Assembly (NCBI GenBank): GCA_021613535.1
Contig: CP075492.1
Coordinates: forward strand, 18,352,001 to 18,416,000
DNA from: Adineta vaga
Lineage: Eukaryota; Animalia; Rotifera
Direction: 5' to 3'
DNA length: 64,000 nt
The translations under genes and the position numbers were made by a program. Positions 40,698-53,000 of this stretch are shown here, one piece after another (position 1 is the first letter of the stretch; each line of letters opens with the position of its first letter). A model generated the notes under the pieces. The model worked only from the letters and a program-made list of their open reading frames with translations, made no database searches and was not told the origin of the DNA.

Positions 40698-41729
40698 ATG
40701 TCATCTACATCAAATAACACTGTCAATGAATATCAACGACCAACTAATCGTACAGTTATATTTATTTTATTTGCAATTTTATTTATACCATCATTATTAT
40801 GTTCAATATTTATTTTTTACAATTGTATTCGAATGCGAGAATTACGTCAACATCCACCAAATCGTGTTATACTTACTTTACTTGTACTTTTATTGATTCA
40901 AGTAAACTTTCTAAATTATAAAATTAAAAAATCTAAATTATTTTTTCTTTCAAAGGCTTTATTCGACCTTCCATGTCGATTATATTATCTTTATAAAGGT
41001 ACATCACCTATTCATAATGAAATATTCTGTCAACTATGGAGTTTTATTGTAACAACATTAAATGTCGTAGGTTTACATTTAATGGCCTTAGGATCAATTG
41101 AAAGATATCTTCTTGTATTTCATCATCGATATATATCAAAATATCGTTTATATTTATCAACAATACCAATAATTATTTGTATAATTTATCCAATCATATG
41201 GTATGTTACATTAATGTATACAGCATGGTGGTGTACATATACACCTGATTATGGTGAAGTTGAATGTGGATTACCATGTTATATAACAGCATCTTCATTT
41301 TATTTATCATTTATTATTTATGTTCATCATTTAATACCGGTATTTACAACAACATTTGCTAATATTATTTTAGTTGGACGTGTATTACATCAACAAGCTA
41401 AAATGAAACGAAATAATTCTTGGCGAAGAAATTTACAAATGACAACACAATTACTTTCAATTGCTTTTCTTTATCTTATTCTCTGGTTACCACATTGTAT
41501 TCTTGCTTCTATTCCTTTATTTGTACAAGGTGATATAAGCATTCAAGCAAGATTTCTTTATACAGAATATTTTGCTAATTTAACTTCAATCTTTGTTTGT
41601 CTTTGTCCATTTATTGCATTAATTGGTCTTAATCATTTACATAATAAAATAAAATATGGGATTCAAATTATACGAAAATGCTTTTTGCCATGTTACGATA
41701 GACAAGTGGCTTCAGTTGCACCTGAATAG
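40698..41729 (+). CDS. Orphan class-A GPCR (probable in-frame 54-nt intron 40902-40955)
   Basis: 7TM, GSIERY, LWLP. The segment VNFLNYKIKKSKLFFLSK interrupts TM2 and is bounded by GT...AG. Confidence 0.85.
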   Translation: MSSTSNNTVNEYQRPTNRTVIFILFAILFIPSLLCSIFIFYNCIRMRELRQHPPNRVILTLLVLLLIQVNFLNYKIKKSKLFFLSKALFDLPCRLYYLYKGTSPIHNEIFCQLWSFIVTTLNVVGLHLMALGSIERYLLVFHHRYISKYRLYLSTIPIIICIIYPIIWYVTLMYTAWWCTYTPDYGEVECGLPCYITASSFYLSFIIYVHHLIPVFTTTFANIILVGRVLHQQAKMKRNNSWRRNLQMTTQLLSIAFLYLILWLPHCILASIPLFVQGDISIQARFLYTEYFANLTSIFVCLCPFIALIGLNHLHNKIKYGIQIIRKCFLPCYDRQVASVAPE

Positions 41730-42036
41730 CATCAAATTAAAATAATGAACAATTCCCTTTTCTTTCTCGTTTATAACCTTTAGTTATTGATCTTTATGTT
41801 GTTTTGTATCGTTTGAAATAAAAGGAAGAATGAATATGTGAATATCACTTTGTAGTTCACCTTCAAGATGGTAATATAACATATGTAGAGAAATAAGAAA
41901 CAATTTTTAATTACTGCGAGTTTAAAACCATTAAAATTAGTATTTTGATATAGAAAAGAAAAAAGTAGCGGAAGGATTGTGATAATCAAGATTTTTAATC
42001 ATTTTTGGAAACATTCGTAGCTTCTTTTGCTTGTTG

Positions 42037-42810
42037 CTATTCTATTTCTCTTTGTTTCATTCTTCCTGGTCCATTATTTGTCTTTGTTTCAGGAAAAATT
42101 TGTGTAACCAAGCCAAGACCAATTGGTGGCATATTACCATAAATCGCTTCATATTCTCCATCTCTGACTTTGTACGTTTCATGCCATATTCCATTTTCAC
42201 CTTCAAATCGATCTTTTTTCATGTATTCCATCACTGCCTTGACATGAATACCCATTTTTGTATGAGTCCATCGTTGAAGTGCTTCATAACTACGCCAATA
42301 TTGCACATACATAGTTGCACTTTTACGTTCATTTGCACCAACATATAAATCTCCACCCAATTATCCTAATGTTGGATCAGATTCTAATTCTGCAATCATA
42401 CTTCGAAATGCTCTACCAATGTCACCAAAAGATTTCGTGAAAGGATTTGCTCCATTTGGTCGAATACCAATAAGAAAAACTACAAAATCTCAATCGCAGC
42501 GTGCACTGTACGTTGTACGAATAATGTCTTTTGCATATGATGTTGGTAAATAATTATAATAACGTAATATTTGTTTAATAAGAGGATAAATAAGAAAGAC
42601 AAGTGATAAAATACCAATTATATTCGTTGGTAAAAATAATGAAAATAATAAACCAATACCTATAAGATGATGAGGACTAAGAAACGAAAGTATTATTAAA
42701 TATTTATTAAATCCATATTTGGTATTCTTTAGATGAGGAGAGGTAGAAATAAAATTATTAGAACTATTCTCGATGTTGTTGTTACTTTCGAAAGGACAAT
42801 TAGATAACAT
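42037..42810 (-). pseudogene. DUF4188 (monooxygenase af470-like) gene with an N-terminal TM hairpin and two in-frame stops
   Basis: FVVFLIGIRPN, VQYWRSYEALQRW, GIWHETY, YEAIYGNMPPIGL in one frame, interrupted by TGA (42490-42492) and TAA (42361-42363). Confidence 0.75.
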
Positions 42811-43439
42811 ATCTTGTTGAATATGCTGCCTTAAACAATAGTTTATCTTAATTTGGACTTTCATATGTTTTTCTTATAGGTGATAGTCATTGTTCGAATC
42901 CATATAAACTACATTTATGTCATTAGATGGCGCTTGTATATAGTTTATATTATGAAGTTACAGTAGTTTACGCTTACGAATATCTTATTAAAGAAGTAAA
43001 GATAATTCTATTTTTACAGAAAATAAATTATCGATTGAACAAAATAAAAAACCTCAGCTTTTATCCAAGACAAGTTGTATTACAAATATTATTAGTTACA
43101 CAAGACAATAACTATATTCTTATGATTTATCTTTCATTGTTACCATTTTCTAATAAAAATTTCTATTTTCATCTTGAGAACGTGGTGAAAAAATATCTAT
43201 AGATTTGTTAGATTTTATTGAAATTTGAAGAAAAAGAAGAGTGGGTAAAATCAAAGAAAGATTTAATTGTTGAAAAGGAATAGAAAAATGATTAAAATGA
43301 ATTTGAAATAAAAATAATCAAATAGTGGAAATGATGATGATGACGGTTGAGTAGAAGTTGTTGTTGTTGATGCTATTTGAAATGATATTATCAATTTCTT
43401 TCTTTTGTTTAAATAATTTGACTTACTTGCTGATGTACT

Positions 43440-43945
43440 GAGTATTGCTGGAGCTAAAGAAAAAAAGAAATATTGATTATTTTAAAATCTAAAAATGATG
43501 AAAACTTACAACAATTTATTGTAAATTTTTGAACTCGATTATGAAATAAATCAACAACATAAAGATTTTCATTTGAATCAAATTGCATAGCAGAAGGATA
43601 AAATAATTTATTTTCTGATAAACTATTTGAATTCTCACCAATATAATAATTGAACCATACTTTTCTCCAATAATCTATCGTAAAATTTGATGATTTCCTC
43701 CATCAAAAAAAAAAATAACTTTGTTTTTATCTAATATTGCACTTATTGGATAATATAATTGATTTTTTGCATCACCCAAACCATTTCCACGTCAGCAACA
43801 AATTATTCCATTTGATGATCTAGGAGACCATTTTTTTATACGAAAATTTTTACTATCAAGTATATATAAAATCCATTCAGACTTGAACCACTAATACCTT
43901 CCGATGAACCTGCTACTAATGTTGAATTTGATGATCATTTTGCTG
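43440..43945 (-). pseudogene. Degraded NHL-repeat gene fragment
   Basis: LYILDSKNFRIKKW, LFYPSAMQFDSNENLYVVDLFHNRVQKF pieces with frameshifts. Confidence 0.65.
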
Positions 43946-43969
43946 ATGGACACATACTAAGTGAATAAG

Positions 43970-44047
43970 TTGGGTGTGGGTATGGGTGTGGATGAGTCAA
44001 AGTGTCTCTTCTTGTTTCATCCACACCCACACCACCCCCACACCCAA
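43970..44047. repeat. Telomere-like palindromic element (a second partial copy lies at about 44077-44118)
   Basis: TTGGGTGTGGGTATGGGTGTGGATGA...TCATCCACACCCACACCACCCCCACACCCAA. Confidence 0.8.
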
Positions 44048-44252
44048 AATAAGTTATTGTTAACTAATTTTTCTATTCAGGATGTGAGTATATCTTCTTC
44101 ACTCACACCCACGCCCAAAATGTCTTAAATTATAATTTCTAAAAACATAGTCTAAAAAGATGCGTAGAGGTAGATATCCTTCAGTGTACTTCAAACATCT
44201 TTTAACACTTCTATAACATTTTATTCAAAGATTAATCATATATCCATATCGC

Positions 44253-44888
44253 CTATTTTTGGGAGTTTATAAGACCAATAATGATCCCAACAATTGTTGG
44301 TAAGACACAAATCACAAAACAGCAAATGCCACAAGCAATATATTTGCATTTATTTGAACTGTTGTCTTTTACTGCGACCGGTTGTGTATATGTAATTGGT
44401 GTATAAGTAGAGGGCGATGATGAATTATTGAATCTAGCTGCAAGTCGTCGCATTGGATTGTAATAGAATGTTTGCAACCATGTATTCTTATAACACATAA
44501 TTTTTGTTACCCGTCGTATTCGTCCAGCAATCAGAATTGATTCAGCAGCTACAACCCGATTATGTACTAGACTAATATCATAGAATTCATTATTGAATTG
44601 TACACACATGGCATCTAGTTGAAAGAAAACTTTGTCTTTCAATACAGTTGGATTAATTGTGCGACACAAAGCAAACAGTGCTCGTTGTTCATCAGTTGAT
44701 AATAGTTGATAATTTTTATATGATATATAACGTTGTAAATCAGGATCATTTTTACAATCAATGACGCAACATACGCAGTTGAGATAATACATTAGATAAG
44801 CGACGTCATTGTTTGGAATAGTAACTGGTTCAGTTGTACGCTTTAATCCAATTTCATCGGATCCAATAACAGCAATGGCTGATTCCAT
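44253..44888 (-). CDS. Uncharacterised 211-aa protein with a Cys-rich C-terminal TM anchor
   Basis: Intact single-exon ORF ending CKYIACGICCFVICVLPTIVGIIIGL. Confidence 0.75.
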   Translation of the reverse strand: MESAIAVIGSDEIGLKRTTEPVTIPNNDVAYLMYYLNCVCCVIDCKNDPDLQRYISYKNYQLLSTDEQRALFALCRTINPTVLKDKVFFQLDAMCVQFNNEFYDISLVHNRVVAAESILIAGRIRRVTKIMCYKNTWLQTFYYNPMRRLAARFNNSSSPSTYTPITYTQPVAVKDNSSNKCKYIACGICCFVICVLPTIVGIIIGLINSQK

Positions 44889-45194
44889 ATGGAAATGATA
44901 ATTTATAACTAATAGAAATCAGTTCGATTATGATTAGTATTTTCATTCATAGGATAATAGACGATCAGCTTTTTATACATGTTTTCAAACATTTCGAGAT
45001 TCGAATGAATCATATTTGTCGGAAGAAAATGATTTTTTCCAACACATTGAAGAGTACTTGTGGCAATCATTTTAAGCAGTATTTTCATTTTTGTTGGCAA
45101 ACATTCATCATCTATTCTTTTTCAGCGAAAATATTCGACGAGTAATTTTATTTACATACAAAAATATTCTTAAAAGCCGCTCTTAAGAGTTACC

Positions 45195-45256
45195 TTGAGT
45201 GTGAAGGTATGGAAGATAAGCATTACTTTATTTTGTCCACCCACACCAACCCTCAA
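45195..45256. repeat. Telomere-like palindromic element
   Basis: TTGAGTGTGAAGGTATGG...CCACCCACACCAACCCTCAA. Confidence 0.7.
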
Positions 45257-45396
45257 TATACAGTTTTATTGTGTTTCAAATCTTTAATCCCGCTGAGATT
45301 GCTCGATAAGCTTTCATTTAAAGATAAAACAACTGTTTTCTATAAAGAGAAAAAAATTTGGTTGAAAATGTTTATGATTAAATATTGTTCAAAGAA

Positions 45397-48368
45397 TTAT
45401 TTTGAATTAGTAAGACGATTGAGTCTTATTTTAAGTCGTTTTCGTTGGTAACGTTTTCTAGTGCTTGGTAGCTGTTGTTGCAACTGTTTCATTGTTTCTT
45501 GAAGCATCTTAACAATTTGTTCTTGTTTTAATGAAGGATGTTCGTTACTAGGTTTACACATATTATACAATTCTTGCTTTGTCGGCATGTGAGAACCGTC
45601 TTTATCTATAAGATGACTTCATATAAGATTTAATATTTTTCCTAATTGAACTTACCACTCTTCATCTTGAATAGTGATAAAATCCATTCCCAACAACCAT
45701 CAAGTTCCTCATCTGATAGAGTAAAGTCGTCTGGTACATGATTTATAAGGAACCGTAAAGATTTCAGACTATAGTCTCTAGAACGAGAGAAGTCAATCGA
45801 GAGGATCGAGCATAACTTTTTGCCAGACATATATAACAATGAGCTATGTTATCGGTTACCGTCATTTCTAGACGAAGATTAACATTAGATAAAAGAAACT
45901 TGAAAGCATTAATGAATATTTGTGCGTTATGCCTAGGTTTGACCGATCCAATTTCGCACCGACAGATAGCTATAAGATCACTTGCGCCAATTTCTTCAAA
46001 GGGTTTGAAATTAATGATAGCGTCTCTATAAAACTTGATCGCCACCAGAGAGTTTTTGTGCGCACACAAAGTTGCTAGATCTCTACATCTATGTGCTAAC
46101 TCATAACGGCTCGATCGGTTGTATCGAATAATCTTTATGCGAATTTCTACTTCACTATTGAGAAGTTCAATTACTTGTTTTTGGTTATTGTTTTCGAGTA
46201 AATCTTCTGATAAATTACGATACGCATTAGCAATAAGAAGACCACATCTTTTCAAATCAGCTTTAGTACTAATATACTTTAAATACTGATGAACGTTTTG
46301 ATTATTTTCATGTTCATTCTCTACATTTTTCCAAAGCGGTTTATTCATAGCCACATCAGTGAAGATTCTATAGAATAATTCATCATCAATGATCGTTTCT
46401 GGTAATATTTCTTCAAAAGTCTTCCATGCAAGAGATGGATTGCCCATAATTTTGTGTATTTGAGCGATTTTTACCTTTCATAAAAGAAAGCAAAAGTGAA
46501 TGAGTAAAACAACTCGTTTCTTTATTCTATACGGAAGGCATTATGAAATTAACTCGATAAGGCTAAAAAGGTTCAAAATGAAACGATTCATTTTTGCTCA
46601 CATCTTTAGAAAAATAAACGTTACATACTCATCAAACTCGCTTAGAACGAATGTTAAATATTTAGACGATTTACCTTTCGCATTATAGTGTGGGTAGGAT
46701 TTTGATCATTAGCATAATTTTGTGCTCTTGTATAATTTTCCAAAGCCAGTTCATATCTTCCCATACATTTATATAATGTCGTTATGCAATCATATAACAT
46801 TGGAATAGTAAGAGATGGAATCGTAGATTTTACACGTGGAGGTACTGAAGCAGTAAATAGAGCAATACCTTTCAATTCAAGTTTGGACACGTTATTATTA
46901 GTACTTCTATCAGAAATTGAACTTAATGTAACAATATCATCATCTTCAATTACAAGTTCATGCATAAGAGACACAATATGGTTTATGAGCACCGTATAAT
47001 TATCATTCGCAGAAAAAACATTTTCAGTGACATCATCCGCAATTATTGTTCTTAGACAAACATCTAATCTAATGAGATAATTCAAATATTCATATCTTAA
47101 GTCGTAAGTTTCTATGAATTGTAATAATGTTACATTCCACACGGCAGTATTCTCATCATATTTAACTGACATTGGAAAAAATGTATATGTCGGTGCAAAT
47201 AGTATTTCGTCTTCGGCACCTCCAAAATGACTTAAATGATCGATAGCAGCTGCACTTTTTGAAAACAAATGCTATTTACAACTACCAATTTTAAATATAA
47301 CCGATTGTTCCTCAGAATCACGGTCATATGTATGTGAACCAACGCCAGCATAAATTTCTGCCAGCATCAAATTTTTAGTTGTTGATAAAAAAGTACTAAC
47401 GTATAAAGTCTTTTGCTGTTTTAAGAATTCCACTTCTTTTTTAGATATACGTTGACCACGATACATTGGCTCTTCTCTCCAGTTTGCATCTTTACTATTG
47501 TCGGCTTCTTTCTTCAGTTGTTGACTGAGATCATAAATAAAAAAGTGTAACAGAAATATTTTATGTTGATCTAATTGTCTCAATACACGATTGAATAATT
47601 GATATAAGATTCCTTCTCTCGTATACCAGGCCACGGCCTTCTGAGATTCGTAAGTATCATTGAATTCTTTTACAAATTTCAAAGTAGATTCATTGTCTTG
47701 ATACAATTTCTGACATTCGACAACAAACTTTTCTTTGCCATTGATAACAGGGGGAATTTCTTGAAGAGCTTCCATCAGATAAGGAAACCAATGTATATTT
47801 GTTCGTGAATGCGATTCAGTTGTTCGCTCTTCATTGCTTGAAAGAATCGAGAAAGGTATCATGGAGTCCATTCCCATGCTCTGTCGAAGTAACACTCGAA
47901 TATCTTGTGAGAATTGAGCAAGTAATTCATTGGGATGTTTAAATATTGTTGTCACCTGTATTTCAAAAAGATGTGAACATTATTCATTTATCACTAAAAA
48001 ATTGTCGACTTTCAGTTTATTAATTCTTGAATAAGGCTTACTTGCTTGCTGATTGGTAGACCATGAGAATTGGATGCATTTCTAACAGGTTCATCATCTG
48101 TGTTTTCTTGATAAGTATACGTCGAACGAACATGGGAAAGATTTTGTATTTGATTTAATAATAATAACGAGCATGAAGATGTGACAATAATGAAAATTTG
48201 TTGATCATTTATGTTTCGAATATTTTCTACACAAGTTTCAACTTGCGAAAAGAATCTTAAATAATCAATAATTCCTCTCAATCTTGAACGATCAATTCTA
48301 TAGTCATTTAATGGATCATTTTGCTTATTGTCAAGCCAAAATACACTATAATTGGTTAGTTGGCTCAT
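45397..48368 (-). pseudogene. ADP-ribosyltransferase-TPR gene with an in-frame stop and a frameshift
   Basis: Receiver-like N-terminus (VFWLD), WYTRE...YRGQ...FLSTT...AEDEILF, then TPR-like helices. TAG at 47272-47274 lies within the ART domain and there is a frame change near 45780-45830. Confidence 0.75.
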
Positions 48369-48710
48369 GTAGCAAGAGACAATAATTAATTGTGCAAATA
48401 GCTGCCACTCATAAGAAATACATACAGTTTAAGAAGTAATTTTGTATTTATGTTGAATTCAAAAGACATGCGTCGACATCTAATCATCGATGTACCAATA
48501 AGAAATGAAACAAAATCATCATAGTGCAATTACGTAATGCATAAAGTCAAGACATCTCTACAGTAAAAAAATTCTATTATACTCTTTCAAGTAACTTAGA
48601 GAGGAGCAGCCATTGGTTTAGATTCATCAATGAAATTTTTACCTGACAATAGAACTAATTTAGGTCTTTCATAAAGAATTATTACCCATTACTTTTATTT
48701 GAATAAAAAA

Positions 48711-48893
48711 TTAGATATTCTTCAGTGAATTGTAAATATCGTTTCACATTTCTATATTCTTTTTTTTTCTAAATTCATATGACTCATAATCATGGCAATG
48801 ATCATTAGTACAACACAAATCAAAAGACAACAAACACCACAAGCGATATATTTGCATTTATTTAAACTGTGACTTTTCATCACGATCGGGTGC
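48711..48893 (-). pseudogene. Orphan duplicate of the 3' end of gene 44253-44888
   Basis: NKCKYIACGVCCLLICVV versus NKCKYIACGICCFVICVL; similarity extends into the 3' flank and stops at the palindrome at 48894. Confidence 0.8.
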
Positions 48894-48952
48894 TTGAGGG
48901 TGAGTGTGGGTGTGGGAATGGCATGAATAAAGAAGGCAACAACATCCACTCG
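48894..48952. repeat. Telomere-like palindromic element
   Basis: TTGAGGGTGAGTGTGGGTGTGGG...CATCCACTCGA. Confidence 0.65.
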
Positions 48953-49110
48953 ATTGACGCATTCATCGTTACCTGGATTTTATCTAGACCATCATTCAGC
49001 TCTCGTGAAATAATCGAATGTGATTAATACGATTATTTACGTTTAACATCGCTTTAAAAGCTTTTATTTCAATTCATTTCATATTCAAATTTCTATTGAA
49101 TAGCATATAG

Positions 49111-49157
49111 TATATAAAGGAAGTTACGTTTCTGCTTATACTTCACAAAAATTCAGT
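49111..49157 (+). promoter_or_regulatory. Candidate core promoter (TATATAAAG plus TCAGT initiator) of the peptide gene
   Basis: TATA-like box at 49111-49119 and TCAGT at 49153-49157, upstream of ATG 49186; AATAAA just after the stop. Confidence 0.45.
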
Positions 49158-49185
49158 CATCAATTGGTATATTTTCTTCTCTACT

Positions 49186-49457
49186 ATGAAACTCTTATCA
49201 GTTATTCTTTTGGGAACATTTTTTATTCTTATGGCTGTATCATCGACAGCTGGTAAGATTATATTCTTTCTGATTGAAACTATATATTCACTTTTTTGTT
49301 TTTCTTCACTTGAGGAAATCCAATTTGGACTGGCATTCGATGGGGATTAAAACCGACATGTTTAGGATGTTCTGGACTCTGCGAAGTGCGTGCTCCATCC
49401 GGTTGTGCGTGTGTTAAAGATTACGCATGTGAAGCACGTTTACGTCAACAAGGATAA
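49186..49457 (+). CDS. Small secreted six-cysteine peptide precursor (69 aa, 2 exons)
   Basis: Exon 49186-49252 encodes MKLLSVILLGTFFILMAVSSTA; exon 49315-49457 encodes GNPIWTGIRWGLKPTCLGCSGLCEVRAPSGCACVKDYACEARLRQQG*. The 62-nt phase-1 intron has a polypyrimidine tract but an uncommon GAG acceptor. Confidence 0.75.
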
Positions 49458-49817
49458 ACGAACAATAAAACATCTAAACGTTACCGTTCAACAAAAACTA
49501 TTTAATCTACTAACAGTTTTCACTTTCTACTAAATATAAAAGTAATATCATCAAAATAATAAAGATAATGATAGATTTTAAAATTTCTGAAAAGAAATCG
49601 CACGCGTTCCCATATTCTAAATGAATTTGACTATAAAATCGAACAATATGAACAATGATATGATTTTATTTAGAAAAAATAGGGTGGGTGTGGGTGCAAA
49701 TCTGTGTCATAAACACATCTATATGCATCGAACTTAATAAAAACTCAAATTTTTTATATGATTAAACGAAAATTTTCTAGTTTGTAATACTAATGACTTA
49801 CTAACAAATCGTTTCGG

Positions 49818-49888
49818 TTGAGGATGTGAGTGTGGGTGTGGGTCAAGATATCTCTTCGTCACCAACCTACACCCGTATCCACCCTCAA
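49818..49888. repeat. Telomere-like palindromic element (a half copy lies at about 49681-49720)
   Basis: TTGAGGATGTGAGTGTGGGTGTGGGTCAAGATATCTCTTCGTCACC...CCACCCTCAA. Confidence 0.8.
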
Positions 49889-50049
49889 GATTTATAATGC
49901 TTCTATTACAATTTTCATCTTTATTATAAAGTGAGAAGATTATGTGCCGTTTTTGTCTATTTTATTAATTATATAAATATATTGAAGTTTATAATGATAT
50001 AAAATGCATGTGAAATACAATACAGAAAGCATAATAATATTAATAATAA

Positions 50050-53000
50050 TTATTCATCACAGGGTAAACCTAAAGCAACTCTTATTTGATTCATTTCTGC
50101 ATCAATAAAAACAAGATCATCTCTTGTATCTTGATTTAAATCGACTACATGTAATGAATGAAAACATTGACTATTGTTATTATTATTATTTGTATTTATC
50201 TTGAAAAATAAATCATTGTTATCTAAAATTTCATTACCTTGTGGAACGTATACAGTTAAAGTTCCATTACATGTTAAAATAGCCACATCATCGAATGAAT
50301 CATTATTAAAATTTATTCGAGCGATTGCTGTTGGATAACTTTCTATCAAGTAAATCTGTTGATCTCTTAACCATGCCAAAGAAATAATTACATGAAATGT
50401 ATCTGTTTCAGGCGAAATTATTGCAAAATCATCAATTGTATCATCGTTAAATGTTCCCTTAATCATCATCGTTGGATATCCATTTAAAGTAAGTGCATCG
50501 CTGAATGAATAGTATAATGTATTATTATATCCATAGAAACTTTTCAATTGCACAGAACCAGTATCACTACATAAACTTATTTGATATACTTCATTATCAA
50601 TAGAATCATGAATTACTATTGCTGAAATATTACCCTCAATCCAAAAAGGATCTAATAATCCAAGATCAAACTGATATCCATCACCAGAATTTAAGAAAAC
50701 ATTTATTATATCTTCATTAGATAAAATATTTGATGGAAGAATAAGAATTAAATCAATAAATCCATCAAAATTCATATCAGCAACTTCAATTATAGTTGGT
50801 AATTCGCTTTCATTATAGAATGGGAAAATATATGGTGATAAAACAAATAGATTACTTGTTGTGTCACCAAAGTAAATCACTATTTCATTTGTTCCAGCTA
50901 ATATAACAACTAAAAAAAATAGAAAAGACGTTTTCTTTTTATTTTAAATAAAAAACTAATACTCACTTAAATCGAGTAATGTATCATTATTAAAATCGGT
51001 CGTTTTGATTTGTTCTGGACGAGATCCATTTCCGGTAGAAAAAATTTGTGATATTTGAAATGTTCCATTACCTTTTCCTAACATTATACTCAACGAATCC
51101 GAATCCGAATTGACTACAATTAAATCTATTATTGAATCTTGATTAAAATCACCAGTAATCATTGCAACAGGATTTATACCATCAGTTGAATAAGTTTCAG
51201 ACTGATGTTTTATCGTCATATAACAAGTATCTGAAATAGATCAATTCGAATCGATTAATTTCGAATTATATTTAAATATACTTATTGTTTCTGTTGTCGT
51301 ATCAATAGTACTGCTAGTAGTAACAATAGTTGGTTTAGTTGTTGAAACGATATTCTCTTCTTTCTTTTGATTTCGAAATAAAATTATGGAAGTTGTTATA
51401 AATGAACCGATGGCCAATAGAATCAAACAGATTATAAGTGTTCGATTTCGATATTTTCTTTGTTTAAAAGATTTTATCGAAGTAGTGACAATAGGATCAG
51501 ATATCTGTTCAATTGTATTGATTCTCAGATTTTGTGAATGTGGTGTTATTGAATTTATGTTCTTTCGACATGTTATCAATTTAATAAATATTAATTCTGT
51601 ATAATATACAAAGATATGTAAACCATTGGTTAATCCACCGAAAAGAGCGATTAACATTGTAATCACATAAATTGTATTATATTGTATTAAATAAGAATAT
51701 TGACAAGATTGAGGTCTACATTCATCGAAATAATGATCAAATGATGTATTTTGAAACCATTGTGAAACGAATAATTGATTAAGTAATGTTTCAATCTTTG
51801 TATCTGGTGGTGATAATGAAGAATATTTCAAAATATTTGCTTTAATTGGTTTTGAATGATATAAATATGTTTGCATAAAACTTAAACATGATCGATTATA
51901 GAGACAAGCTAAAGTTGATTGAAGAAGAGAATCAAAAAAGAGACAACCAGTATGAAATCCTGGCATTTCTACATTAGCAGGTGAAGGATACGCAAAAGCT
52001 ATACGATAAGATAATGCTGAACAATTTGTTTGTATTCCACATGAACAATCATTATATATTTGTGACATAGTAAGAGCAGATATTGTTTGTCCAGGATTAT
52101 TAACGAGCATTTGATAATTATCAGGAGAATTTCTTATTCTAAATTCCCAATTCGATGAAAAAACTGTTCCAAGTTGATTTCCATAATTTGTTAATTGAAT
52201 TAATTTGAATGTTTCCATAAATTGTTGTGATATTGAGAATTTAAATTGTTCAAATATAGTTTCTGTTCGAAAATGAAATTCACTAGGTGAAATTATATGT
52301 GATGTTATAAAATTATTTTGTCCAAATTTTGTTAATGATGTATTAACTGTATTTTGAGATAAACGACATAATTGTCCTAATGCTTGAAATTGTAGACGAA
52401 GCGGATTACGATAATCAATAAGACCAGTAAAACCGTATGAAAATATATATAATGAATCTATACTTTCTTGCCATGATGATGAAATAAATATACTTGAACA
52501 TATTTCATGATATTGTGGTTCAATTTGAGTAATAAATTTATTGTATTTAATTGCTGTGTTACTACAAAGACATTCAAGTGTTAAAGAATATTGAGATAAT
52601 AATTGATGATATGTCGAAATTGATGGAGATTCAATAATGATTGTGTTTGTTTCTTGTCTTAATAATCCATAGAGAGTAAGAATAATTAATGTTGTTATTA
52701 GAAGAATTAAATATATTCGAGTTGTACATCGATTTCTTTCGAGAATGATTGGATCTTGTGAGAGTGGAATTGTTGGGAAAAGATTTAATTCTATCAAATG
52801 TTTTTTAGTCGAGTTAAAAGTCGAACGACAATGATTGTAGAATTCTAAAATCATTCAATTGTATGAAATATATTTTCAATGAAATTATACTTACGTTGTC
52901 TTCGAGATACACTTCTGATACGTTTACTTTGAAGAATAATATTAAGAAATTTAAAGAATAATGTAACAATAAATGGTAAAAAAAGACGAAGAACAATATT

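Noticed and set aside
47245-47280. Stop-codon readthrough or a tiny intron rescuing the ART gene
   Set aside because: No plausible intron of normal size, and a second lesion (frameshift) lies downstream.
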